Positions 53,541 through 62,652 of a stretch of 64,000 nucleotides of DNA are shown here, in pieces. The notes beneath the pieces were generated by a model that saw nothing but the letters and a program-made list of their open reading frames with translations, was not told the origin of the DNA and searched no databases. This stretch comes from Coleofasciculus chthonoplastes F2-STO-03 (GTDB lineage Bacteria > Cyanobacteriota > Cyanobacteriia > Cyanobacteriales > Coleofasciculaceae), in NCBI GenBank assembly GCA_040222015.1, contig JAVJWO010000047.1:1-64000 (forward strand), given 5' to 3'. A program made the translations under genes and the position numbers. Positions within the stretch are counted from its first letter, which is position 1, and each line of letters starts with the position of its first letter.

Positions 53541-56345
53541 GGCTTCTCCTTCTGGGTCAAAATAATGGTAAAAATCTAGATAGAGTTTAATTTTGCTAAC
53601 GGGAACACTGTCCAGTTTCTCCTGTTTGCGGAACCATTTACTCAGATAGTGAAAGACATAAAGCGGATCAGTGTCCAAATCTCGCGCTAATGCCGCTAAT
53701 TTCCCCCAATCGGGATTGCCATCTTTCTTGCGATTTGCCTCTAAGTGAATACAATAGGCGGCACTTAAGGCATTTAAGGGGGAAAATAGACGGGGTGTTA
53801 CTTGACGGGGTAAAATACCATCTAAGCGGTATTCATCTGCTTTTACTAAAGACCGAATCCCTTGATGTGCGCCATCTAAGATAGCCGTCTTTTCAAAATC
53901 AGCCCCACTGATAAATGGGGGAACTGGAGATTCAGAGGCTACGGCTTTCACATCTAGAATTAAGGGTAAGGCAAAGGTTAACCAAGCAGGCATAACCCAG
54001 GATTCAGTATCTGTAGCATCCCTTCCCGGTGGTAAGGCGATAAAAAAGAAGGTTAGCGGCTGATCTTCTGGATAATTCAGTTTGAATGTGCGGTCATCTT
54101 CTGGTTGTAAGTCGGGTTGAATTAATAAGGAATCCACCTGTTGATAATTCTCCAGTGTAAACCGCGCCTCCTGCTTATCCCGAATTAAATGGTTGCGAAT
54201 ATCGGCATCAAACCGAGTTCTGGCAATCCAGGTGTAAGCCTTGTGTAAAAATTTATTCGTTTCTGGGGTAAAAAAGTAGGCTGGATAGAGATATAGATAA
54301 CGATACTTCCGCCCCTCAAAATCTGCCCCCGTCGCATTGGTTTGATTCATCAAGATTTGCCGCAACATGAGTTCAATTGACCAAATTGAGCAAATTTGTC
54401 GCTTCGCGGCTTGAGTATTAAATAAAATCTGCCGATTACTATACACTTGCGGTGCAAATAACGTGGCGGACTCCATTTGTTCCGTGACTGTATAAGCCGA
54501 ACTAGACATAGCACAGACATTTTCCCGCCCTCTTCCAGTTATCTTGGCGGCGCTATAGCGGTTCAGTTCAATTAAGAAAGGATTCACCTCTGGTGGCGTA
54601 ACTGCACCCGTTGGTAACGTCACAACTCGACTAATATAGGTTCGCAAATCCTGCCAACCATCGGGAATAATTACGGCTGCAATTATGGGTTGAATTAAAC
54701 TTGTCGCCTGATTCACCATATCTACCATTGTCTGGCGCAATTGGTTTTCATCTAACCCTTTAGTTTGCTGAATATACTGTGCCGCGATATAGTACCAATC
54801 TAGGGGAACACCCCCAGTTTTTTTCAGAGATTGAATCGCTTTAATATCGGGAATAATTGCCGCTAATCCCAAGAATTCAGCTAACTGTTGAGTTAAATCT
54901 AAATCTGGCAAACTTTGGCGCTGTGCCTTCGGTTTTAACCTTTGGACGTGGTGGACGCGATCGCACCATTTCTGCCAAATTCCTCGACACAGGATATCCC
55001 CAAATTCAGCTAACCGATCAATCCGATAATCGGCGTCAAATTCCACCGGGATAATCTCCGGTAAATCCCCCTGATTCTTGAACTTAACTAAACTCTCACT
55101 CCGCTTTTTCGCCGAGGAGGTTTTGGTACTAGGAATGAGTCGGCAAGCCGCATCAATACTCACCTGCATTAACCCCGGTGCCTCAAAAAATAGCCAATAA
55201 TAATCCGCAAACTTAAATCCCTTCCCATCTCGACTAAACCCCGTGGATTTCTGCTGCAATCTCTGGGTGCAAAACTGGCGAATTTTAGTAATCACCTGTT
55301 CCGAAATCTGACAGGTATCAATGGCGGGGGCATCCGCGTTTGCCAAATACACCACCCCATCGGGTAAATACAGTAATGGCGTATAATATTCCCTCGGATG
55401 AACATCCATTAAAGCATTGTTAATAATATTCGTGATCACACCCCGATTATCCGAGAGGGCGTGATAGCTAAACTGAAGCTGTCCGTTACTCAGACTCTGG
55501 AGTACGGTGAATAATCCATCATTGTCACTATCTCTAGGATGCTTAATTACAGAGGCGAATAAATCCGAGAGTCTAACTAAACTTGCCAGCGTTCCGCGAA
55601 TTCGTCCATCCAATTTAGGCATTAATCCGCGACATTCCAAACCTAAATCTGCATCCCATTTCACCCCAGCATTATGACTCAACCAAACAATATCATCAAC
55701 TTGAGACTCCCACTCTTCACCCAGGAATACCGTTAAGCCAAACTCCCGCATCTTTTGCGCCACATATCCCCGCCCAAAATCTGGCGCGTCTGATTTGTGG
55801 GCGGGATTTTCTCGCCAGTTGCGGTGTTGGAATCGACTATCTGACTGTTCCAGCCAGTCAGGATAATCGGGAAACTTGTCAAAGTCATGTAAAATATAGG
55901 CGGCGATAAATAGGCGAATTTCGGCTTCAGTGCAATTCCGTTTAACCGGATTGGTTTGTTTACTCTCAGTTTTCAGTGTCCTGAGAATTCGATAGGTGGG
56001 AAACAAGCCATTCAGCAGGTGTGAGGTAAACGATTGATCCTCTTTACTCCGGTCAATATTCTTCCCTTCTGCCCGTCTATCTTCGGCAAATTGACCCCCC
56101 TTAGCCGTTGCCCCCACTAACTGCTGAATCAGACGGGGTAAGACATCAGTCGCAAAGGAGGCTAAGATGCGATCGCCTTGATTTCCTGGTGCTTCTTGAA
56201 TCGCATTTTTGAATAAGCGAATAGTTAACAGTTCAGCATCGGCTGGAGTATCATCCTCCTCATCCTCCGTAGTCTCTAAATCTAAAGGTTCTAGAGGAAG
56301 TTCATCGCCGTTATCATCAAATAAGGATAATTCGTCATTAGTCAT
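53025..56345 (-). CDS. cas10d: Type I-D large subunit Cas10d (Csc3) with N-terminal HD nuclease
   Basis: DQSFTSHLLNG and ILHDFDK HD motifs; operon position between cas3' and cas7. Confidence 0.93.
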   Translation of the reverse strand: MTNDELSLFDDNGDELPLEPLDLETTEDEEDDTPADAELLTIRLFKNAIQEAPGNQGDRILASFATDVLPRLIQQLVGATAKGGQFAEDRRAEGKNIDRSKEDQSFTSHLLNGLFPTYRILRTLKTESKQTNPVKRNCTEAEIRLFIAAYILHDFDKFPDYPDWLEQSDSRFQHRNWRENPAHKSDAPDFGRGYVAQKMREFGLTVFLGEEWESQVDDIVWLSHNAGVKWDADLGLECRGLMPKLDGRIRGTLASLVRLSDLFASVIKHPRDSDNDGLFTVLQSLSNGQLQFSYHALSDNRGVITNIINNALMDVHPREYYTPLLYLPDGVVYLANADAPAIDTCQISEQVITKIRQFCTQRLQQKSTGFSRDGKGFKFADYYWLFFEAPGLMQVSIDAACRLIPSTKTSSAKKRSESLVKFKNQGDLPEIIPVEFDADYRIDRLAEFGDILCRGIWQKWCDRVHHVQRLKPKAQRQSLPDLDLTQQLAEFLGLAAIIPDIKAIQSLKKTGGVPLDWYYIAAQYIQQTKGLDENQLRQTMVDMVNQATSLIQPIIAAVIIPDGWQDLRTYISRVVTLPTGAVTPPEVNPFLIELNRYSAAKITGRGRENVCAMSSSAYTVTEQMESATLFAPQVYSNRQILFNTQAAKRQICSIWSIELMLRQILMNQTNATGADFEGRKYRYLYLYPAYFFTPETNKFLHKAYTWIARTRFDADIRNHLIRDKQEARFTLENYQQVDSLLIQPDLQPEDDRTFKLNYPEDQPLTFFFIALPPGRDATDTESWVMPAWLTFALPLILDVKAVASESPVPPFISGADFEKTAILDGAHQGIRSLVKADEYRLDGILPRQVTPRLFSPLNALSAAYCIHLEANRKKDGNPDWGKLAALARDLDTDPLYVFHYLSKWFRKQEKLDSVPVSKIKLYLDFYHYFDPEGEAVNELRELTRLYRVFYRAKRPSAKANAILKPIDEAADVILKIDKAWITTSDSQINQEVLIDVVASRLSKLMNNVRRRAAEGKPTLAFVDGKWKPALNSEAERQAVREFSQYFIEVIFAGKLKCDRARLAGTQLNLIRDTCEYLYRIADDQERQERKQDEPEEVSELDTESVT

Positions 56346-56348
56346 TCG

Positions 56349-56435
56349 TCATTTGTCCTTTGTCAGGGTTTGAGGTTGACCGAAGCAAATAGTCGGATTA
56401 ATCGAAATTCGAGATAATAGGTTTTCCTGAGTCAT
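56349..56435 (-). pseudogene. Truncated DUF433-like (putative antitoxin) gene between cas3' and cas10d
   Basis: GGGAG RBS, MTQENLLSRISINPTICFGQP then runs into heptamer repeats and stops at 28 aa. Confidence 0.65.
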
Positions 56436-56567
56436 TGATACATCTCCCATCACTAACAAAATTGTAATCATCCTCCCTTATAGAGAACTAACCTTTCAGT
56501 GTAATCAGTGTCACTAAACGTTCATCCCTTACCCACATCTAGACAATAAATCCGTGAAATCAGTGTT

Positions 56568-58685
56568 TCAACAAACCCATCCGTCATCCTCCTGGGGTTG
56601 CCAATGCCAAGCCAGCGTCTCCAGCAGTAACGCCGATTGACCAAATGCAATACTGTACCCTGGATTCCGATCATTTAGCTGATTACTCAACCCATAAACT
56701 TGAAAATGAATCGGCAACCCCAACCTCGCCCGAACCGTGGCGCGATCGCGATCGCAAATAAAACAGACGAATCCTCGACGACTCACCCTCTGACTAATCT
56801 GATTAATGTCCCTCCCATGAGGTTGCCAAATTTCCAACCCTTTGAGAACTTGCACCTTACCCGACTTCACCATCTCACCCAATTCTCCCCCATAGTAAAA
56901 ATGCCAGTTTTCCCGCACATCTCGATACCCAGTTAGCTTAAAATAAGCCAAGGCTTGCTCAAATCGATTGGTGGCAACATCCGCTTTTTTAGCACATCTC
57001 ATAAACCGTTCCTTTTCCCACCACTCAACCGTAAAATTACTCAATAAACTAGGAAGATTATAAATTTTAAACCGTTCCGATTCCGGTTCATCAGGATTCG
57101 TGGCATCATAAATGGCACAATTAAGCTGACTACTGCCGCGAAAACTCCGCGCCTCATCAATAACCTTCTGTTTCCCTTCCCGCTGACAGTGCTTGATTTG
57201 TCCAAATTTTTTCCTCACACTAACTCCCAACGCCTTTTGGATATCATTGCCAAATCCTGATGCCGCTTCTGGGTACCGCTGAGTCAGTCGGAGTAATTCC
57301 GAATAAACACAAGCCGACTGTATCCCACCCCAACGTGATGGATAATATTTAAACTCATTCACAAAGGCAAAATTAGCGCGAACTGTATTAAAGAACGTCA
57401 GCCGATCATAAGTTTCCCCATCTTGCAAAGGAGGCGATTCCACTTCAAATAGGCGTTCTATAATAAACTTCGGTAACAACGCATACGCCTGATACATCTC
57501 AAACCCTTTATGCCTACCCAACCGTCCCAAACGCTGAATAAAGTTCCCTGCATCCGCCGCTTCAAAGACTAGGAAATTAATCCGAAAGTCTACCCCCACA
57601 TCAATTGTAGACGTCCCAATCAGCAAATCTGCCTCGACAACGGATTTCGCCTTCTCCGTCTCCCCCGTTAATCCCGTATTTTCTCGTACCTGAAACCCCA
57701 AGGGTTCAAATAACTGCTTCAGTCTCGGCAATAAAGTTTTCACGGCGGCAATAGAATTGAGGATAATCGCCCCCTTACTCCCCGGATACTCCTGAAAAAA
57801 CCTTAAAAGTATTGATTCAGCATTCTCGACAATCCAATCATAACTCGACCGGAAATTCGGTTCTAGATTTCGGGGAAATCGTAACTCAATCGGTTGACTA
57901 ATCGGTCGCCAGTTTTTATCACTGTCCTCAACTGAGAATCGATAAGCCCCCTGTGCAACTGGATTAATCACCCGATACTTCAATCCCGCTTTCGATAAAT
58001 AGTCCTGTAAGAATTCATTAGGCGTCGCCGATAAAAACAAAAACTGTTTTCCCGGTACCGTCTGCTTAATCAACAGGATAGCATTAAGGATATTGGTAAT
58101 CTGAGGCGAGGAGAAAATATGAAACTCATCAAAAACAAACAAGTTGTAGTTTTTGTCAATATTGGCAAATAGCCGATTCGGGTTATCTCCCTTTCCTTCT
58201 TTATTGCGCCGCAGATAGCGGAAGTCATGGATATAGTGAAAAATATCAGGATTCGTCAGCAAAATTTCTGAGTTATCGGAACGATTCAGCAATCCAGCTT
58301 GCTTAGACGGTAGCTGATTAGTTTCAATGAACTCCTCCAAAATCGCCGCATTTAAGCGATAGATTTGCGGATCATACTCCGGCTGAAACTTACATTTATA
58401 GCCTCGTACCTGCCTTTCCTGATCCCGCGCCAGTTCATTGGTTGGGTAAGCCGCTAAAGTGTACGTGCGACTGGTCATCGCGGAGAGATAAGCGGCTAAA
58501 CTTTTACCATCCCCCGTCACGGCGGTATTGAAAACCACATCAATGCTAGACTCTCTCAAGGCTGCAACCGTTTCTCCTTGATGCCAGGATAGTGAGGACC
58601 AATCTGGAGGTAAGATAATTCCTTCAGGCGGTTGTTCACACAAACGCGAGTATAGAGGCTGAAGCGCGATCGCATAGTTAGTCAT
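56568..58685 (-). CDS. cas3: Type I-D Cas3' helicase (no HD domain)
   Basis: NTAVTGDGKS, YPTNELARDQ, DEFH, LSATP, TSTIDVGVDF, QRLGRLGRH. Confidence 0.95.
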   Translation of the reverse strand: MTNYAIALQPLYSRLCEQPPEGIILPPDWSSLSWHQGETVAALRESSIDVVFNTAVTGDGKSLAAYLSAMTSRTYTLAAYPTNELARDQERQVRGYKCKFQPEYDPQIYRLNAAILEEFIETNQLPSKQAGLLNRSDNSEILLTNPDIFHYIHDFRYLRRNKEGKGDNPNRLFANIDKNYNLFVFDEFHIFSSPQITNILNAILLIKQTVPGKQFLFLSATPNEFLQDYLSKAGLKYRVINPVAQGAYRFSVEDSDKNWRPISQPIELRFPRNLEPNFRSSYDWIVENAESILLRFFQEYPGSKGAIILNSIAAVKTLLPRLKQLFEPLGFQVRENTGLTGETEKAKSVVEADLLIGTSTIDVGVDFRINFLVFEAADAGNFIQRLGRLGRHKGFEMYQAYALLPKFIIERLFEVESPPLQDGETYDRLTFFNTVRANFAFVNEFKYYPSRWGGIQSACVYSELLRLTQRYPEAASGFGNDIQKALGVSVRKKFGQIKHCQREGKQKVIDEARSFRGSSQLNCAIYDATNPDEPESERFKIYNLPSLLSNFTVEWWEKERFMRCAKKADVATNRFEQALAYFKLTGYRDVRENWHFYYGGELGEMVKSGKVQVLKGLEIWQPHGRDINQISQRVSRRGFVCFICDRDRATVRARLGLPIHFQVYGLSNQLNDRNPGYSIAFGQSALLLETLAWHWQPQEDDGWVC

Positions 58686-58769
58686 GGCTGCATTGCCGCT
58701 GATTCAAAATATACTTAGATTAATTTCACTATGCCATGACTTTCCTAAAAGTGCAAGTACAAATTTAAA
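58686..58769. promoter_or_regulatory. Divergent promoter region between cas3' and WYL regulator
   Basis: 84 bp AT-rich gap between divergent starts; specific operator not resolved. Confidence 0.5.
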
Positions 58770-59624
58770 ATGCCCAGAAAGAAAGAAACACTGACCCTCT
58801 CCATCCCTCCCGGCACCAAAGCCCAACTAGAAGAGATTGCCCGTCGCCTGAACATCTTCTGGGGCAAGAGTCCTAGCCCATCTGGGCTCATCAGTGCGAT
58901 CGCACGACAAGAACTGGAAGTGGGAAAACCCTTCACCCTCACCTCTGAACAAGTCAACGCCTTACAACAAGCCACCGCCGCCTTAATCGATGCGGGTCAC
59001 GTCGAAGCGGCTAAAACTATACTTACACTTTTACTCGACCGAGGCAATCTGGAACCTCCCCTGCGCCAATCCCTGCTGCAACAGATTGGCAAACCCACTG
59101 AACCCTGGCGTATTGAGGTGGAAAAGTTTATTAATCAAGAACAACCCTTTCGGTTACTCTATCGCAACTCCCAAGGGCAAGACTTGGACTATACTGTCCG
59201 CTATGCAGAGATTTGCTTCTACGAAAAACGCTTTTACCTGCAAGTCTGGTGTGAAGAAACCGCAGATGTCGAGGAGGAGATGGCTGATTTACCAGAACTC
59301 TGGCACAATCGCTGCTTCCGATTAGACCGAATTCAGGCAATCCTACCCACCAGTGGCGGCTGGCGCGGTGAGTTCGATGCCATTGAAGTGTACTTACATT
59401 TTTATGGTTGGCTAGTGAAAGCTTATCAGCCTAAACCTGAGGATATAGATGATAAAGTGATGGGAGAGGTGCGTCAGGTGGTGCGGCGAGTGGTGAATCA
59501 TTTCTGGTTTCTGCGGGAAATATCCCGATATTGGGAAGATTGTGTGATTCTTTCACCAGAGAGTATGCGTCAGCGGATGCAGAAAAAAGTGCAGCGTCTT
59601 TGCCATTTGTACGATTTGTTGTAG
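58770..59624 (+). CDS. CRISPR-associated WYL-domain transcriptional regulator
   Basis: RHH-like N-terminus MPRKKETLTLSIP; WYL core FYEKRFYLQVWC...RCFRLDRI; divergent from cas3' as in other cyanobacterial I-D loci. Confidence 0.88.
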   Translation: MPRKKETLTLSIPPGTKAQLEEIARRLNIFWGKSPSPSGLISAIARQELEVGKPFTLTSEQVNALQQATAALIDAGHVEAAKTILTLLLDRGNLEPPLRQSLLQQIGKPTEPWRIEVEKFINQEQPFRLLYRNSQGQDLDYTVRYAEICFYEKRFYLQVWCEETADVEEEMADLPELWHNRCFRLDRIQAILPTSGGWRGEFDAIEVYLHFYGWLVKAYQPKPEDIDDKVMGEVRQVVRRVVNHFWFLREISRYWEDCVILSPESMRQRMQKKVQRLCHLYDLL

Positions 59625-59954
59625 GGGCTTGGCAACCAAACTCCTGCTTCGCGATTAATCTGACACAGCTAAAATGATTGCATAGATTTTACGATTAAAC
59701 CGGGCGCACATTGCTGCGGTAAAAGGGCGCACGTCGGTGTTGGCAAGGAAGGGCGCACGTCGGTGGAAGGGCGCACGTCGGTGCGCCCCTACATAATCCT
59801 TTATAACCGTCGAGGAATCCGGGCGCGTTTGTAGGGGCGGGTTTTACGATTATCTTTTCGGTTGCACCCAAATCTGACTAAACCCGCCCCGACTTTCGTC
59901 GGCTGTTTTTTCTCGGTCTATCCGTTACCTGATAAAATAGAAAATCTATCTTAT

Positions 59955-60149
59955 GCGATCGCACAATGGTGCAAGCAAGACGGACATTCAGCCCAGCTTC
60001 AGGCTTGGCGTCATCTTCTCTCTGGTTTATTGGCGGCTACAGTCGAGCAATTGTTAGCGAGTCACCTCGAATCCCTTGACACTCCATCCCCTGTACTCAA
60101 AAAAGCTATGCTACAACAGGCGATTGAATCAGGAGAGTTTTTTGATTGA
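59955..60149 (+). pseudogene. Apparent C-terminal gene remnant (..QQAIESGEFFD*) of unrecognised family
   Basis: Open frame from a HIP1 site to stop 60149; internally deleted second copy at 46854-46978. Confidence 0.45.
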
Positions 60150-60184
60150 GCGATCGCGCTATCTCCATGTTTCTTAATGTCCGA

Positions 60185-60209
60185 GTTTCAATCCCTGATG
60201 GGGATTATA
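60185..60209 (-). CRISPR. Orphan truncated CRISPR repeat on the trailer side of array 2
   Basis: GTTTCAATCCCTGATGGGGATTATA, interrupted by a MITE. Confidence 0.8.
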
Positions 60210-60333
60210 AGCTGTTCGGCATTTAAACCTTAATATCAATAATGGCACAATCCTTGTAGTGCGTTAAGCGAAGCCATGCCGCAGGCTTTGCATCTTGCTC
60301 GCTACTAATACCCAATTTAAATGCATTACAGCT
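60210..60333. mobile_element. 124 bp MITE with TA target-site duplication
   Basis: TIRs AGCTGTTCGGCATTTAAA / TTTAAATGCATTACAGCT (15/18); empty site visible at about 47032-47044. Confidence 0.85.
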
Positions 60334-60367
60334 TAGACAAGTAGGGTGGGCATTGCCCACCTGACTC

Positions 60368-60946
60368 TTAAATCCCGCGTCGAAATGCCCGAATCGCTTC
60401 GCCTGCATCAGTCTCCGCCATCAAAATACACTGTCTCAGCCAGTCAATATCAAGTTCACTCAATCCAGGTAGCTGGCTGCGTTCAATGGATTGATAACCA
60501 CCATCTCCAAGATGATAAAGCTTCAGTAATCCATCTTGCCAAAACCAAACCTCTGGAACGCCCAACGCTTGATAGCGTTCTAACTTACTGATATCTCCAC
60601 TGGTGAAAACGATTTCAATCGACAAATCGGGAATCGGCTTGACACTTCCGATACAAAAAGACTCGTCAGCTTGGGCGGAAACAACGCCCGGTTTTTCCTG
60701 AGTCATTGCCCCTGTAGGCTTAAAGAAGATTCCCTGTTCAACCAGAAACGTGGTGATTAAGTAACTAATAATACGAGCAAATGTTTCATGATCTTGTCCC
60801 GGCATGAGAATCTCGATCATCCCTTCATAATAAGAGAGGCGCACTCCAGAAGAACCCTCAAAACCTATTTGAATACACTTAAACTGTTCCCAGGTTCCCT
60901 GATGAACAATGCGTTGATCGGTTGTTTTGTCAAGTAGTGGGGACAT
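60368..60946 (-). CDS. Uma2 (DUF820) family putative restriction-like endonuclease
   Basis: TWEQF...RLSYYEGMIEILMP, QADESF, PDLSIEIV, YQALGVPEVWFW. Confidence 0.92.
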   Translation of the reverse strand: MSPLLDKTTDQRIVHQGTWEQFKCIQIGFEGSSGVRLSYYEGMIEILMPGQDHETFARIISYLITTFLVEQGIFFKPTGAMTQEKPGVVSAQADESFCIGSVKPIPDLSIEIVFTSGDISKLERYQALGVPEVWFWQDGLLKLYHLGDGGYQSIERSQLPGLSELDIDWLRQCILMAETDAGEAIRAFRRGI

Positions 60947-61009
60947 TGTATTCGGTTTTGGTTATCGCTGATCAGTTAAATTCCAAAGACTGCCGGGGAT
61001 TATCAATTC

Positions 61010-61984
61010 GTTTCAATCCCTAGTAGGGATTATAGAGGATTTCGACCATTTATATAAGCAAATACACGGCAAGGTGGTACTGTTTCAATCCCTAGTAGGG
61101 ATTATAGAGGATTTCGACTGGCTGGCTATAGGCGTCTGCTACAGCTATCTGAAGTTCGTTTCAATCCCTAGTAGGGATTATAGAGGATTTCGACTAGATT
61201 CACACAACAAAAACCAAGGAAACAAATGAAGTTTCAATCCCTAGTAGGGATTATAGAGGATTTCGACCGTTGAGGTGGCTGTAACAGAAGTATCCAAGAA
61301 AGTTTCAATCCCTAGTAGGGATTATAGAGGATTTCGACATCGGATAGTTGATATCTTGCGGTTGGATCGCACGGTTTCAATCCCTAGTAGGGATTATAGA
61401 GGATTTCGACTACAGAAGGTAGCCGCTGATGAGGGGATAGACATTGTTTCAATCCCTAGTAGGGATTATAGAGGATTTCGACTTCCGCTTGTGGGTGGAA
61501 TGGTAGCGACTCAGATTAGTTTCAATCCCTAGTAGGGATTATAGAGGATTTCGACCAAGCGAACGGGCATAACATCCAAATTGTCGAAAGTTTCAATCCC
61601 TAGTAGGGATTATAGAGGATTTCGACATCTGGATAAATGCACCTTGAGTCAATAATGCCAAGTTTCAATCCCTAGTAGGGATTATAGAGGATTTCGACGC
61701 CAGATGACTTCAATGGGGTTACGGTTATTTTGGTTTCAATCCCTAGTAGGGATTATAGAGGATTTCGACCCTGTGAACGTTGCGCTAATTGGATTTAAGC
61801 TGAAGTTTCAATCCCTAGTAGGGATTATAGAGGATTTCGACCTGCTCTAAAATTTCTTGACTAATCATAAAATCCGTTTCAATCCCTAGTAGGGATTATA
61901 GAGGATTTCGACAATCGGCTTGCCGCTAAAATACTATGCTCGACAAGGTTTCAATCCCTAGTAGGGATTATAGAGGATTTCGAC
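61010..61984 (-). CRISPR. CRISPR array 2: 14 repeats of 37 bp, 13 spacers
   Basis: Plus-strand repeat GTTTCAATCCCTAGTAGGGATTATAGAGGATTTCGAC. Confidence 0.98.
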
Positions 61985-62233
61985 CGCCGACCTCTGAAAC
62001 GCTTGCTGTATTTGGTTTTCAAGGTTCGATTGCGACAACCTCTTCTAACTATAGCATTTCAGCCCTCGGTTTTGACAACCCCCTTCAGCAAAAAACTCTA
62101 AAACCCTTTCTGAATAAGCCTTTCAGCCATTGCGACAACCTCCTCATTCGTCAAAAAGGCTGTATCCCTGACAGTATAAGGAATACAGCCTCAAATTTTG
62201 ACTCCCCGAAAAAAACACCTACTGGTTGTCGCA
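61985..62233 (-). promoter_or_regulatory. CRISPR leader 2 (249 bp)
   Basis: Collinear and near-identical to leader 1. Confidence 0.88.
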
Positions 62234-62259
62234 TCAGCCAAAGAAAATGAAGTTATTCT
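62234..62259 (-). pseudogene. Relic of cas2 3' end
   Basis: Encodes NNFIFFG* versus DNSIFFV* of the intact cas2, in the same position relative to the leader. Confidence 0.65.
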
Positions 62260-62268
62260 GCAGCCCCT

Positions 62269-62652
62269 AAGGTAACTCCACCGATGTCGGTTTAGCAATG
62301 TGAGGTAATCCCCAACCCAACTTCTCACGCAACACCCGGAAAAACTCAGGCGGTTGCAAACGAATAAATCGCGCCGAATAAGGCGATCGCGCCGGTTAGT
62401 AGTGAGGACTTTAGTGCTCTTGGTTAGCGGCGCTAAAGCGCCGACTACAAGCTAAATATCAAGGTAACTCCACCGATGTCGGTTTAGCAATGTGAGGTAA
62501 TCCCCAGCCCAACTTCTCACGCAACACCCGGAAAAACTCAGGCGGTTGCAAACGAATAAATCGAGCCGAATAAGGCGATCGCACCGGTTAGTAGTGAGGA
62601 CTTTAGTCCTCTTGGTTAGCGGCGCTAAAGCGCCGACTACAAGCTAAATATC
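62269..62652 (-). repeat. Two tandem 192 bp units, each a copy of the nadK 3' end plus a REP-like doublet
   Basis: AAGGTAACTCCACC starts at 62269, 62461 and 62653 (the real gene). Confidence 0.92.

Noticed and set aside
47359..61947. Self-targeting or shared spacers
   Set aside because: No match between arrays or to the window seen by eye; a proper alignment is needed. Absence of HIP1 in about 1.1 kb of spacers is too small a sample to mean anything.
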